A stretch of 64,000 nt of DNA from Bacteroidia bacterium (GCA_016788065.1 JAEUTI010000096.1:58065-122064); one strand, 5' to 3'; shown: positions 21,282-32,307, counted from the first letter of the stretch. Numbers and translations are program-made. Notes: generated by a model not told the origin, from the sequence alone.

Positions 21282-23117
21282 ATGAAGCAAACGCTATCTT
21301 TTTTTCTTAAACATTATTTATTCTGGATCCTGATATTTATCGGCTTCAGAACACTTTTTTTACTTTCACAAAGCCCTTCTTTAAGCGATGCTCCCTTTAC
21401 CGAAATTTTACTCGCCCTGTTTGCAGGCATTCAACTCGATATCTCAACAGCATCTTACTTTGCAATAATTCCATTCTTAGTATCTATTGGTTTAATTTGG
21501 GGTGGAGATCGGGTGATTTTCAAAATACTTAAGGGTTATTATCTCATCATCCTTTTTATCACCATGATCCTTAGTGTTGGGAATATAATTATCTACAAAT
21601 ATTGGGGCACTTTGCTCAACAGTCGCGGCCTGGCATATGCACTTCAACCTGCAGAAATGCTGGCTTCCGTTACCAACTTTCAACTGGCAACAGGAATAAT
21701 TTTGCTTATATTTATATTCTACATTTTGAGGAAAGCATACTTAGCTTTTTTACATCCCGCCATAGCGGAAATAAACGGAACGCAATTACATCGTATTGCA
21801 GCAACTGTTATTGCACTCCCATTAATTGTCATTGGCATTAGAGGTGGCTTACAACTAATACCGGTGAATGAATCTGCTGCTGTGTTTTCTTCCCGTAAAA
21901 TATTGAACGAAGCTGCTACCAACAATTTATGGTATTTGGGTCATAATCTCAAGCAAGCCGGAACAACAAATAAAAACCCTTATCAATGGTTTTCAGATGA
22001 GGAATCTAAACAAATTGTAGCAAGAATCTATTCTCAGGAAAATGCGGCTGATAAAATTTTCAATCCGGTTAGTAAGCCCAATGTTGTGTTAATATTACTG
22101 GAAAGCTGGACAGCAGACATCATTGAGCCTTTGGGAGGAATTGCAGGAGTGACTCCTAATTTTTCAAAGCTGAGTAATGACGGTATGTTGTTTACAGCTA
22201 TTTATTCATCAGGCTTCCGGACAGATCAGGCGTTAGTTTCTGCACTTAGCGGATATCCTTCTCAGCCAAACAATTCAATTATTCGGTTCCCTGCCAAAGC
22301 TTCACAACTGCCTTCCATGGCAAATGTATTTTCAAAAGACGGTTATCAAACATCTTTTTATTACGGAGGAGAGCTTGGATTTGCGAACATGTTTAATTAT
22401 TTGTCAGCTACAGGATTTAATAAAATTACGGGCAAAGAAGCTTTTGAAGATGAAGTAATGAATAGTAAATGGGGAGCGCATGATGAGGCGGTACTGAACC
22501 TTCAGTTGAGTGATTTAAGAACTGCAAAGCAACCTTTCTTTTCAACTTTACTAACATTAAGCACTCATGAACCTTTTGAAGTTCCTGTGCAAACACCATT
22601 CAATGATCCTTCGGAACCCGAACTTTTTAAAAAATCGGCCTGGTATACTGACTATTGCCTTGGAAAATATTTTGCTCAGGCAAAAAATGAGCTCTGGTAT
22701 GCCAACACCATCTTCATTCTCGTTGCGGATCATGGTCACCGGTTACCATTGAACCGATCATTTGATAACCCTTTAATCAGGAGAATTCCGATGCTCATTT
22801 TTGGAAATCCGTTAAAACAGGAGCTTATCGGTACAAAAGTGGATGCTATTGGGAATCAGAATGATTTACCCGCAACCCTTCTTTCAGCGCTTAATTACAG
22901 CCACAATGAATTCCCCTGGAGCCGGAACTTGATGGTTAAAAGTCAAAATCCATTTGCCTATTTATCGCTCGACTATGCCATTTCATGGGTCCATCCAAAG
23001 GGAAATACAATGGTTCGTTTGGATTCCAAAGAAGTGTCAGTTTCAGCAGATTCCGTGGAATACAAGACTGCGAAAGCCTATCTGCAACAGCTTTATAAGT
23101 CCTTTTTAAGTTTTTAG
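21282..23117 (+). CDS. LTA-synthase / sulfatase-family membrane phosphotransferase
   Basis: About five N-terminal TM helices are followed by an alkaline-phosphatase-superfamily domain (VVLILLESW...GFRTDQA...STHEPF...ADHGH). Confidence 0.7.
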   Translation: MKQTLSFFLKHYLFWILIFIGFRTLFLLSQSPSLSDAPFTEILLALFAGIQLDISTASYFAIIPFLVSIGLIWGGDRVIFKILKGYYLIILFITMILSVGNIIIYKYWGTLLNSRGLAYALQPAEMLASVTNFQLATGIILLIFIFYILRKAYLAFLHPAIAEINGTQLHRIAATVIALPLIVIGIRGGLQLIPVNESAAVFSSRKILNEAATNNLWYLGHNLKQAGTTNKNPYQWFSDEESKQIVARIYSQENAADKIFNPVSKPNVVLILLESWTADIIEPLGGIAGVTPNFSKLSNDGMLFTAIYSSGFRTDQALVSALSGYPSQPNNSIIRFPAKASQLPSMANVFSKDGYQTSFYYGGELGFANMFNYLSATGFNKITGKEAFEDEVMNSKWGAHDEAVLNLQLSDLRTAKQPFFSTLLTLSTHEPFEVPVQTPFNDPSEPELFKKSAWYTDYCLGKYFAQAKNELWYANTIFILVADHGHRLPLNRSFDNPLIRRIPMLIFGNPLKQELIGTKVDAIGNQNDLPATLLSALNYSHNEFPWSRNLMVKSQNPFAYLSLDYAISWVHPKGNTMVRLDSKEVSVSADSVEYKTAKAYLQQLYKSFLSF

Positions 23118-23132
23118 CACGTCATTTTTCGC

Positions 23133-23140
23133 TACCTTTG
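23133..23140 (+). promoter_or_regulatory. Bacteroidota -7 promoter box TACCTTTG
   Basis: This is an exact TAnnTTTG match, 20 nt upstream of the ABC-F start. Confidence 0.45.
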
Positions 23141-23159
23141 CACCTTTCCAAAATAAACC

Positions 23160-25082
23160 ATGCTGGTTCTCAATAACATTAGCTTCGAATTCGGTTCACG
23201 ATACCTGTATAAAGATACATCGTGGCACATTAAACCTTTTGAAAAAATCGGCCTTATTGGCGCAAACGGTACAGGTAAATCGACCTTACTGCGAATCATC
23301 AATGGTGAATATCAGTTATCCAGTGGAGAAGTAACCAAACGGAAGGATCTTACCATTGGCTTTTTGAACCAGGATTTGCTCTCTTACGAATCACAAAAGT
23401 CGATTTTGGAAGTGGCTATGGAGGCATTTGAGAAGCAAAATGAGCTTGCTGCTGAAATCGACCGACTTCTGCATTTACTTGAAACGGACCATTCGGATAA
23501 TGTATTAAATGCCCTTCATGATGCACAATCACATTTCGAAGCATTAGATGGTTATCAGTTGCGTTCGCGTTCCGAATCGGTCCTAGAAGGTCTCGGGTTT
23601 TCAACAACAGATTTGACTCGTCCTTTGAATGAATTTTCCGGAGGATGGCGAATGAGGGTTATGCTTGCAAAAATTCTTTTAGGAAAACCCGATTTACTTT
23701 TGCTGGATGAGCCTACCAACCACTTGGACCTTCCATCCATCGAATGGATAGAAGAATATCTTGATAATTATGAAGGTACTGTTGTAATTGTATCTCACGA
23801 CAGATTTTTTCTGGATAGAGTTGTGACAAAAATCGCAGAGATTTCGAACAGTAAAATCACCACCTATACCGGTAATTATACTTTTTATCTGGAAGCTAAA
23901 GAACTTTCAGAAGACATGCAGCGCAGTCAGTTTAAGAATCAGGAAAAATATTTGAAGGAACAGGAAAGATTCATTGAGCGATTCCGTGCAAAAGCATCCA
24001 AAGCCAAAGCTGTACAGTCCCGTATTAAAGCTCTTGAACGCGTCGAACGTATCAATGATGTTGCTGATCCCTCTGCAACTATAAACATCAATTTTAACTT
24101 CAATGTTCAGCCCGGAAAGGTGATTGCTGAAATGGATGTGAGGGAGAAGAAATACAAAGATCTTGAAATATTTCATGACACCCAGATAACTATAGAGCGT
24201 GGCGATAAAATTGCGTTGATTGGTGCAAATGGAAAAGGTAAATCGACGTTGTTACGGATGATTGACCAAAGTGAACCTTATGTTGGAGAATTTCATAACG
24301 GGTATAATGTGATCAAAGCATTTTATGCACAGCACCAATTGGAAAGCCTCACACTTGATTTCACCTTGCTGGAAGAATTACAACATTGTGCTCCGGAACA
24401 AAGTGATACCACTTTAAGAACTTTACTTGGTGCATTTTTATTCAAGGGAGATGATGTTTTCAAGAAGATTCGTGTGCTTTCAGGTGGGGAAAAGTCGCGT
24501 GTTGCTTTGGCAAGAACCATTCTTACCAAAGCGAATTTCATGTTACTGGATGAGCCTACCAATCACCTCGACATTCAATCGGTAAATATCCTGATTCAGG
24601 TTTTACAAAACTTTAAAGGTTCTTATGTAATCGTATCTCACGATCGTTTTTTCCTGGCAGAGGTTGCAAATAAAATCTGGTATATTGAAGATAAAAAGCT
24701 GAAACAATATCCGGGCACTTATGCGGAATTTGAAGAGTGGCAGGAAAGAAATAAAGCTGAAAAAGAAAAAGCTACCAAAAAAGAACCGGTGAAAGTTGCT
24801 ACTCCTGCGCCGGCAAAAGAAGCTGTTCCCGCACCGGATAAGGATAAAAAAAAACAGCATCAGAAACTAAGTACCACCGTAAAAACGTTGGAGAAAGAAC
24901 TGGATGAACTCAAATTAACGAAAGAAGCGTTATTGGTAAAAATGGGTGAACCTGAAAATTATGCCAGCAGTGAAAAGACCAAACTACTTAAGCAACAATT
25001 ACAGGCAGTTGAATCGGAGTTGCTAAACAAACAACAAAAATGGGAAGAAGCATTTTCACTTATGATAGAACTGGAAGCTTAA
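23160..25082 (+). CDS. ABC-F family ATPase (two ABC domains, no TM domain, Lys-rich coiled-coil C-terminus)
   Basis: There are two Walker A motifs (GANGTGKST, GANGKGKST), two LSGG signatures (FSGGWRMR, LSGGEKSR) and two LLLDEPTNHLD motifs. Confidence 0.88.
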   Translation: MLVLNNISFEFGSRYLYKDTSWHIKPFEKIGLIGANGTGKSTLLRIINGEYQLSSGEVTKRKDLTIGFLNQDLLSYESQKSILEVAMEAFEKQNELAAEIDRLLHLLETDHSDNVLNALHDAQSHFEALDGYQLRSRSESVLEGLGFSTTDLTRPLNEFSGGWRMRVMLAKILLGKPDLLLLDEPTNHLDLPSIEWIEEYLDNYEGTVVIVSHDRFFLDRVVTKIAEISNSKITTYTGNYTFYLEAKELSEDMQRSQFKNQEKYLKEQERFIERFRAKASKAKAVQSRIKALERVERINDVADPSATININFNFNVQPGKVIAEMDVREKKYKDLEIFHDTQITIERGDKIALIGANGKGKSTLLRMIDQSEPYVGEFHNGYNVIKAFYAQHQLESLTLDFTLLEELQHCAPEQSDTTLRTLLGAFLFKGDDVFKKIRVLSGGEKSRVALARTILTKANFMLLDEPTNHLDIQSVNILIQVLQNFKGSYVIVSHDRFFLAEVANKIWYIEDKKLKQYPGTYAEFEEWQERNKAEKEKATKKEPVKVATPAPAKEAVPAPDKDKKKQHQKLSTTVKTLEKELDELKLTKEALLVKMGEPENYASSEKTKLLKQQLQAVESELLNKQQKWEEAFSLMIELEA

Positions 25083-26356
25083 TTCTGAGTTCTTTTCTTT
25101 TCCTTTTTTTCTGCGCAACTGTATCTGCACAGGATTCGACCGATTTTTTCACATCCGATTTTCTTCGATATGAAGATCACATTTATGCAGATAATATCAA
25201 AACTGTTACCATAGAACAAGATGGCATCAGACTGTCAGAACCTATTATAGAACTTGGTGGTTCAGACAGATTACTTTTATCATTTGATGATCTGGATGGC
25301 GACTTCAAAAATTACAATTATACTTTAATTCACTGTGATTACAATTGGCAGCCTTCCAATTTGAATGACAACGAGTATCTGGCTGGTTTTGCACAAGACA
25401 GAATAGAAAATTACAGATCTTCCTTCAATACACTACAACCTTATACCCATTATGAATTACTAATCCCTGGAAGAGATGTTCGTCCCATGTTATCGGGAAA
25501 TTATTTACTTAAGGTGTATACTGAAGATGCTCCTGACAAGCCTGTAATTACACGTCGACTGATGATTGTGCAAAACAGAGCAACTATTGAAGCCACCGTT
25601 CAGCGAGCCACCATAGTAAACGACATGAATTCGAGACAGGAAATTGATTTTTCAGTTTTTCACAAAGGTCTGTCACTTGCCAATCCCTTTGAAGATATTA
25701 AAGTTGTGCTGATGCAAAATGGCAGATGGGATAATGCTATTACCGGTTTAAAACCACTTTTTTTAAAGGAAGAAGAACTGGATTATAGTTATGATGAAGA
25801 AAACACCTTTAGTGCCGGAAATGAATATCGTACTTTTGATCTACGAACACTTCGAATTTATACACAATTTGTAAAAGACATTATTAAAGCTGAAAGCGGA
25901 TACACCGTTGTTGTTGCTCCGGGTATTAGTCGCTCGTTCGATCGCTATGTTACCGAAAATGACATTAATGGGAAATTTCTGATCCGTAATCAGGATGGAC
26001 GTGATGATAAATTGGAAAGTGAATATGTCAGTGTGAAGTTCGCTCTCAAGCACGAAATTCTGACTAATGGCAATTTTTATGTCTTTGGAGCCTTATCGGA
26101 TTGGAAATTAAATGCCTCAAACAAAATGGTTTACAATGAGGATGAAGGAACTTATGAAGCGCTTCTGTATTTGAAACAAGGATATTATGATTATCAGTAT
26201 GTTTTTCTTCAAGATGGCAAACGCATTGCAGATGAGTCGATTGTAGAAGGAAGCCACTTTGAAACCGAAAACAAGTACACGATTTTGGTCTATTATCGTC
26301 CGGTGGGTGGCCGATATGATCAACTGGTTGGCTTTAAAAAGCTAACAACCCGTTAA
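25040..26356 (+). CDS. DUF5103 / T9SS plug-domain family protein
   Basis: It has a signal peptide. The N-terminal pattern (LSFDDLDGDFKNYNYTLIHCDYNWQPS) matches my recollection of the DUF5103 family. The start overlaps the ABC-F 3' end by 43 nt. Confidence 0.5.
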   Translation: MGRSIFTYDRTGSLILSSFLFLFFCATVSAQDSTDFFTSDFLRYEDHIYADNIKTVTIEQDGIRLSEPIIELGGSDRLLLSFDDLDGDFKNYNYTLIHCDYNWQPSNLNDNEYLAGFAQDRIENYRSSFNTLQPYTHYELLIPGRDVRPMLSGNYLLKVYTEDAPDKPVITRRLMIVQNRATIEATVQRATIVNDMNSRQEIDFSVFHKGLSLANPFEDIKVVLMQNGRWDNAITGLKPLFLKEEELDYSYDEENTFSAGNEYRTFDLRTLRIYTQFVKDIIKAESGYTVVVAPGISRSFDRYVTENDINGKFLIRNQDGRDDKLESEYVSVKFALKHEILTNGNFYVFGALSDWKLNASNKMVYNEDEGTYEALLYLKQGYYDYQYVFLQDGKRIADESIVEGSHFETENKYTILVYYRPVGGRYDQLVGFKKLTTR

Positions 26357-26437
26357 TATTTGTTGGCGTTTTTTTACCATTCGCCTAAAGTTTTAAACAG
26401 TTGGTCAAATTTACTTTCATTTTATGAACAAGCTTTT

Positions 26438-26445
26438 TACTTTTG
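26438..26445 (+). promoter_or_regulatory. Bacteroidota -7 promoter box TACTTTTG upstream of apaG
   Basis: This exact TAnnTTTG match covers the ORF-track TTG start at 26443. That placement supports the ATG at 26479 as the real start. Confidence 0.45.
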
Positions 26446-26478
26446 GTACACAGTCGACACGCTAACACACACGAGACT

Positions 26479-26865
26479 ATGATCACAGAAGTTACAGCAG
26501 GAATAAAAGTAACCGTAGAAACTTTTTACCAGCCAACTCATAGCAACCCTTCCCAATCGCATTATGTTTTCGCATACCGGATTACCATTCTCAATGAGAG
26601 TGGCGAAACAGTAAGGCTCAAACGACGACATTGGCATATTGTTGATTCCGATAACAGCAGACGGGAAGTTGAGGGAGAAGGAGTTGTGGGTGAACAACCT
26701 TATCTCGGACAAGGAGAAACCTACAGATATGTTTCAGGTTGCAATCTGAATACCGAACTAGGAAAAATGCATGGCACTTACTTAATGGAAAGAGTCAGCG
26801 ATAAAAAATTGTTTTATGTCAGAATCCCCGAATTTAAGATGGTGGTTCCCAGTAAACTAAACTGA
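26479..26865 (+). CDS. apaG: ApaG (DUF525) protein
   Basis: The protein resembles ApaG along its length: ITVETFYQP..S.P....YVFAYRITI.N....V.L..RHW.I.D......EV.G.GVVGEQP.L..GE.Y.Y.SG. Confidence 0.85.
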   Translation: MITEVTAGIKVTVETFYQPTHSNPSQSHYVFAYRITILNESGETVRLKRRHWHIVDSDNSRREVEGEGVVGEQPYLGQGETYRYVSGCNLNTELGKMHGTYLMERVSDKKLFYVRIPEFKMVVPSKLN

Positions 26866-26923
26866 AATTAATCTCAAAACCCTGAATTCAACCTCCGGTC
26901 CTGGTCCACAAAACCGGGACTTT

Positions 26924-27682
26924 TTATTTGGTAGTTAGCTGAGAAAGTAAAATGCCGCAGGCTACTGCCGCATTCAAAGATTCTGTTGATGAACCTGCAC
27001 CTTTGGCTATCAACACCTTATGATCAACTACCTGAAGCACTTCCTGAGATATTCCGTGTGATTCGCTTCCTATGACAAGAGCAATTTTGTCTTTGGATGG
27101 TGCTTTGGATAAAGGTTCACCGGAAAGATCTGCTCCAAAAACCTGATAGCCTCCCTCCTGCTTCAACGCAGCTACAAACCCAGGTAGATCGCCCCGATAT
27201 GTTGACATACGAAACAACGACCCCATTGCACTTTGCACGACCTTAGGATTGTAGGTTTCCACACAATCGGTGGAGCATATAAGCTTTTTGACTCCAAACC
27301 ATTCAGCAGTTCTGATGATTGTGCCCAAATTCCCAGGATCTCTGATACTATCGAGCAGAACAATTGGAGCTGAATCACCGGCAATCCGGAATTCAGGAAT
27401 GGCTGGTTTTTCGGCTACAGCAAGCACTTTATTAGGCGTTGAAAGCAAACTGATTCTTGCCAAATCCTTTTCGTTAACTTCATAAAGGATGGTACCTGTT
27501 CCGTTAAACGGATTTTCATTAAAATATTCAGGGAGTGCAGCGATTAGCCTGATTCGCAGACCGGAATGCTTCAACTCATCAACCACCTTTTCTCCTTCAG
27601 CAATAAACAAACCCGTTTCATTGCGAAATTTTGTTTGATGAAGTGAACGGATATCCGACAACACACTTTTACTGATATTCAT
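26924..27682 (-). CDS. TrmH/SpoU-family RNA 2'-O-methyltransferase
   Basis: It has SpoU motifs (DSIRDPGNLGTIIRTAEWFG, ALVIGSESHGIS, ESLNAAVACGILL). The start is chosen at MNISK. A minus-strand TAAATTTG box lies at 27709-27716. Confidence 0.8.
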   Translation of the reverse strand: MNISKSVLSDIRSLHQTKFRNETGLFIAEGEKVVDELKHSGLRIRLIAALPEYFNENPFNGTGTILYEVNEKDLARISLLSTPNKVLAVAEKPAIPEFRIAGDSAPIVLLDSIRDPGNLGTIIRTAEWFGVKKLICSTDCVETYNPKVVQSAMGSLFRMSTYRGDLPGFVAALKQEGGYQVFGADLSGEPLSKAPSKDKIALVIGSESHGISQEVLQVVDHKVLIAKGAGSSTESLNAAVACGILLSQLTTK

Positions 27683-27834
27683 ATACGAACCTGACATTGA
27701 GGGTGGGTCAAATTTAATCAAATAACCAGTGCGGCTACAGAACTTCAAAAGTGTAATTTTTTCCTAAACCATAATAAGGACCTAACAATCAAAACTAAAT
27801 AGTAGTAATTTTACGGCAATTGTCCGGGATAAAT

Positions 27835-30171
27835 ATGACATTCAGCCAGCGAAAACCAACATTTCCATTCTTAGGAACCCCGGTCAGCTTTTTAATTATT
27901 CTAAGTGCATGGCTCATTTCATCCTGCAGTCCGGTTAGGGATCTGGGAGAAAACAAGTACATGCTCCACAAAAACACCATTCGGAGTAATAAGCCAGAAC
28001 TCAATGAAAGTGTAACCTCGATTCTCAAACAAAAACCGAATCGTAAAATCCTGGGTGTTTTCAGATTTCATTTAGGGGTTTATAATCTTGCAAACAGAGG
28101 TAAGCAAACGAAATTTAAAAGCTGGGTAAAACGCACAATCGGGGAAGAGCCTGTTGTGCTGGATTCAGTATTGACTGCTAAATCGCGGGTGCAGGTAAAA
28201 CAATTCCTTCAGAACAATGGCTACTTCAATGCTGTAGTGACAGACACCACCGTTTATTTGCGCAGAAAAAGAGCCCATGTAACTTATCAGATTACTACGG
28301 GTAATGCCTACACTCTTAGAAATATCAATTATAAAATAGATGATCCTGCCATTCGAATAATTTTACTCAATGACAGTGCATCATCATTGTTGAAAGCCGG
28401 CAACAATTACAGCACCACAGATTTCCAAAACGAGCGCGATCGGATCACTACATTACTCCGTAACCGGGGTTACTATGATTTTAGTCAGGCATACATTTCA
28501 TTTAGTGTTGACACCTCATTAAAGTCACAGCAAACCGATGTTTATTTCGTTATTAAGAATCCTTCTCAGGTTGCCTTTGGAGATACAATTCCTTTGCACA
28601 AGGTATATCGAATAAACAACGTGTTCATACAAACCGATTACGATCCTCTTGCTAAAAATCTGAAGATACCCACCGATACAGTGGTTTACAAGAATTACCA
28701 TTTCACATCCTCGTTCAAGAAAATGAGGTTTAAACCGGAAGCTTTACTATCGAGGATTTTCATTGAAAAAGGAGATTTATACAAAGTCAACAATGCAGAT
28801 TATACTTACAAAGGATTGGCTAATCTGGGATTATTCCGTTTTGTAAACATTCGCTATGAACCAGCTGAAGAAGACAGCACAAATTACCATTTATTAAATA
28901 GTTTTATTTCGCTGAGTCCTTCTGCTAAGCAAGATTACAAGGTCGAGTTGGAAGGAACCCATAACGGGGGTAATTTCGGTATTGGAGGTAACCTCACCTA
29001 TCGAAATAAAAATTCATTTCGCAGTGCAGAATTGATAGAATTAAAAATCAGAGCTAAAATTGAATCTATTCCTGATTTTGTTGATTCAACAAATGCTGAT
29101 CAGGCCCGACCACTTTCATTGAACACCTATGAAATAGGACCTGAATTAAATATCCGAATCCCCAGATTACTGTGGCCACTTGCCAAATTCAACCACAGCA
29201 GATCATCAAATCCTGTGACCAATTTTACGTCCTATTTTAATTATCAAAAACGTCCGGAATATACCAGAAACAATCTCGTTTTTTCGAGTGGTTTTGAATT
29301 CAAAGAATCTAAATACAAAAAGCACTTTGTTTACCCGGCGGAAATAAATTATTCCAGCTTTAATTTGTCTCAGGCATTTGTAAATAAACTTGAGGCATTA
29401 AACGACATTCAATTGATTTTATATTACCGGAATTACCTGATTTCAAATGGACGGTATACTTTCATTTACAATTCTCAGGAACAAAATCTTTATCGCGATT
29501 TCGTTTACTTCCGATTTTCATTTGAAATAGCAGGGAATTCACTTCGCTTAATTGATAAACTGCGAACCAATTACAATGACAACAAAACTTATCAGGTTTT
29601 AGGTATCAACTATTCACAGTATATCCGACCCGATTTTGATTTCAGTTACTATCAGATATTCAGTTCTCACACAGCTCTGGTTTACAGGCTGGCTGCAGGA
29701 ATTGGTGTTGCATATCTGAATTCAGATTTCATTCCGTATGAAAAAACATTTTTTGCGGGTGGAGCCAATGATTTACGAGCTTTCAGAGCAAGAACTATAG
29801 GGCCGGGAAGTTATGCTGCCAATAATTTTATTGAACAACTGGGAGATATAAAAATTAATGCAAACATTGAATACCGCTTCGATATATTCCGCATTTTGGA
29901 AGGAGCGATTTTTGCAGATGCAGGGAACATATGGCTTCGTGATAATTTCAGGGAATTACCCGGAAGTCGTTTTCAACCTGGAACATTCTTAAGTGAACTG
30001 GCATTGGGAACCGGGGTCGGGATGCGACTCGATTTCACTTTCTTCATATTCAGGGTTGATGCAGGTATACCACTTAAAGATCCCGGAAGAGATGCCGACG
30101 ACCGTTGGGTTATCAATTACCTGAAACTCAATTCCATCAACTATAATTTTGGAATTGGATATCCTTTTTAA
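27835..30171 (+). CDS. BamA/TamA (Omp85) family outer-membrane protein
   Basis: It is about 780 aa with POTRA-like N-terminal repeats and a C-terminal bacterial surface antigen barrel (FFAGGANDLRAFR...ADAGNIW). It ends in an aromatic residue (GIGYPF). The first ATG is at 27835. Confidence 0.7.
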   Translation: MTFSQRKPTFPFLGTPVSFLIILSAWLISSCSPVRDLGENKYMLHKNTIRSNKPELNESVTSILKQKPNRKILGVFRFHLGVYNLANRGKQTKFKSWVKRTIGEEPVVLDSVLTAKSRVQVKQFLQNNGYFNAVVTDTTVYLRRKRAHVTYQITTGNAYTLRNINYKIDDPAIRIILLNDSASSLLKAGNNYSTTDFQNERDRITTLLRNRGYYDFSQAYISFSVDTSLKSQQTDVYFVIKNPSQVAFGDTIPLHKVYRINNVFIQTDYDPLAKNLKIPTDTVVYKNYHFTSSFKKMRFKPEALLSRIFIEKGDLYKVNNADYTYKGLANLGLFRFVNIRYEPAEEDSTNYHLLNSFISLSPSAKQDYKVELEGTHNGGNFGIGGNLTYRNKNSFRSAELIELKIRAKIESIPDFVDSTNADQARPLSLNTYEIGPELNIRIPRLLWPLAKFNHSRSSNPVTNFTSYFNYQKRPEYTRNNLVFSSGFEFKESKYKKHFVYPAEINYSSFNLSQAFVNKLEALNDIQLILYYRNYLISNGRYTFIYNSQEQNLYRDFVYFRFSFEIAGNSLRLIDKLRTNYNDNKTYQVLGINYSQYIRPDFDFSYYQIFSSHTALVYRLAAGIGVAYLNSDFIPYEKTFFAGGANDLRAFRARTIGPGSYAANNFIEQLGDIKINANIEYRFDIFRILEGAIFADAGNIWLRDNFRELPGSRFQPGTFLSELALGTGVGMRLDFTFFIFRVDAGIPLKDPGRDADDRWVINYLKLNSINYNFGIGYPF

Positions 30172-30284
30172 TCAAAAAACTAATTCTTTCCGGACTTGCC
30201 CCTGCGGTAAAAGATCGAACTATTCTTTTAACCATATTATTTTCAATCATTTAACTTAGATTTTTAAGCAATTAAAATATTTAG

Positions 30285-30292
30285 TAGTTTTG
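30285..30292 (+). promoter_or_regulatory. Bacteroidota -7 promoter box TAGTTTTG upstream of fbaB
   Basis: This is an exact TAnnTTTG match. Confidence 0.4.
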
Positions 30293-30339
30293 CCCAGTTC
30301 AATAAAAAGAAATTACGGAAACAATATTCTGATAAAATT

Positions 30340-31398
30340 ATGACTACCAAGCAAATAGAAGAACTTTTAGGAAAAGATGCTGGCTCGCTGCTGACTCATC
30401 AGTGCAAAACCTTGTCGAAGGATCAATTGCATTTACCAGGACCTGATTTTGTGGATCGGATATTTATCAATTCTAACAGAAACAACAATGTGCTGAAGAA
30501 TTTGCAATGGATATACAATACAGGTCGTTTAGCTGGTACAGGTTATGTTTCGATTCTTCCGGTTGATCAGGGAATTGAACATTCCGGTGGAGCTTCTTTT
30601 GCGCCGAATCCTATTTATTTTGATCCGGAGAACATTGTAAAACTAGCTATTGATGGGGGCTGTAATGCAGTTGCATCAACTTATGGCGTATTAGGATCCG
30701 TTTCCAGAAAATATGCGCATAAAATCCCTTTCATTGTAAAAATCAACCACAACGAATTCCTTACCTACCCAAATAAATTTGATCAGATCATGTTTGGTCA
30801 GGTTCGCGAAGCATATGAAATGGGAGCTGCTGCTGTAGGAGCAACTATTTATTTTGGTTCACCTGAATCGGCACGTCAGATTGTTGAAGTTGCCGATGCA
30901 TTTGCTGAAGCACACAAGTTAGGAATGGCCACTATTTTATGGTGCTACCTGCGTAACTCAGGTTTCAAAAAAGACGGGATCGATTATCACACATCAACCG
31001 ATCTGACCGGTCAGGCAAATCACCTGGGAGTAACCATTCAGGCCGATATTATCAAGCAAAAACTTCCTACCAACAACGGCGGATATAATGCCCTGGCTTT
31101 TGGAAAAACACACAAGAAAGTTTACGAAGAACTCACAACTGATCACCCAATCGATTTAGCCCGTTATCAGGTTATCAATTGCTATATGGGTCGTGCGGGA
31201 CTGATCAATTCTGGTGGTGAATCGAAAGGAGCTTCTGATTTGGCAGAAGCAGTAACAACTGCTGTTATTAATAAACGTGCAGGTGGACAAGGACTTATTT
31301 CAGGAAGAAAATCATTCCAAAAACCTGTTAAAGAAGGAATCGCTTTGCTGAATGCCATTCAGGATGTTTATCTGAATCCTGAAATTACTATTGCCTGA
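30340..31398 (+). CDS. fbaB: Class I fructose-bisphosphate aldolase (FbaB/DhnA type)
   Basis: It is near-colinear with E. coli FbaB as I recall it: LLGKDA..LL.H.C.T...DQL.LPG.D.VDR..., [48 protein letters not shown]. Confidence 0.92.
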   Translation: MTTKQIEELLGKDAGSLLTHQCKTLSKDQLHLPGPDFVDRIFINSNRNNNVLKNLQWIYNTGRLAGTGYVSILPVDQGIEHSGGASFAPNPIYFDPENIVKLAIDGGCNAVASTYGVLGSVSRKYAHKIPFIVKINHNEFLTYPNKFDQIMFGQVREAYEMGAAAVGATIYFGSPESARQIVEVADAFAEAHKLGMATILWCYLRNSGFKKDGIDYHTSTDLTGQANHLGVTIQADIIKQKLPTNNGGYNALAFGKTHKKVYEELTTDHPIDLARYQVINCYMGRAGLINSGGESKGASDLAEAVTTAVINKRAGGQGLISGRKSFQKPVKEGIALLNAIQDVYLNPEITIA

Positions 31399-31427
31399 TT
31401 TCTGCCTAATTAACACTTACATCTGCT

Positions 31428-32273
31428 ATGAGCTGGTTTAAACGAATAAAAGAAGGAATTACCACATCTACCAAGGAGAAAAAGGAAACTCCTGAAGGAC
31501 TTTGGTATAAATGTCCTTCGTGCAAGAACATCCAGCCTTCAAAAGAGCATGCCGACAACTATTATGTTTGTCAGAAGTGCAGCTACCATGAAAGAATCGG
31601 CTCGCATGAATATTTCGAAATTCTGTTCGACAACAATGAATTTACAGAATTCAACAGCAAACTGATTTCTGGTGATCCGTTACATTTTACAGATACCAAG
31701 AAGTATACAGATCGTTTGACCGATACCATTCGGAAAACGCAATTAAATGATGCAATAAGGACTGCCTATGGTAAAGTTGGTGGTCACGATATTGTTATTT
31801 GCTGTATGGATTTCGAATTCATCGGTGGATCGATGGGCTCTGTAGTCGGAGAAAAAATCTCACGAGCTATTGATGTTTGCCTGGAAAAGAAATTCCCATT
31901 GATGATCATCTCCAAATCAGGTGGTGCCCGTATGATGGAGGCTGCATTTTCGCTGATGCAAATGGCGAAAACTTCGGCTAAACTCACTTTATTGGCAGAA
32001 GCTAAGTTGCCTTACATTTCGTTGCTTACCGATCCTACCACCGGAGGAGTTACGGCTTCTTATGCGATGCTGGGCGACTTAAATATTGCCGAGCCGGGTT
32101 CCCTGATCGCTTTTGCAGGTCCCCGGGTGGTTAAAGAAACCATCGGTAAGGACCTTCCAAAAGGCTTTCAAACAGCTGAATTCGTCCTGGAGCACGGGTT
32201 CCTGGACCTCATCATTCATCGTAACGAATTGAAAGCCAAGCTTTCTCAACTTTTGGAATTCTTCGAAAATTGA
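31428..32273 (+). CDS. accD: Acetyl-CoA carboxylase carboxyltransferase beta subunit
   Basis: It has an N-terminal zinc ribbon (CPSCKNI...CQKCSYH) and a carboxyltransferase domain ([17 protein letters not shown]). Confidence 0.92.
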   Translation: MSWFKRIKEGITTSTKEKKETPEGLWYKCPSCKNIQPSKEHADNYYVCQKCSYHERIGSHEYFEILFDNNEFTEFNSKLISGDPLHFTDTKKYTDRLTDTIRKTQLNDAIRTAYGKVGGHDIVICCMDFEFIGGSMGSVVGEKISRAIDVCLEKKFPLMIISKSGGARMMEAAFSLMQMAKTSAKLTLLAEAKLPYISLLTDPTTGGVTASYAMLGDLNIAEPGSLIAFAGPRVVKETIGKDLPKGFQTAEFVLEHGFLDLIIHRNELKAKLSQLLEFFEN

Positions 32274-32307
32274 TTTCAAAAAAATTTGGCATTCGGGTAG
32301 AATTCAT

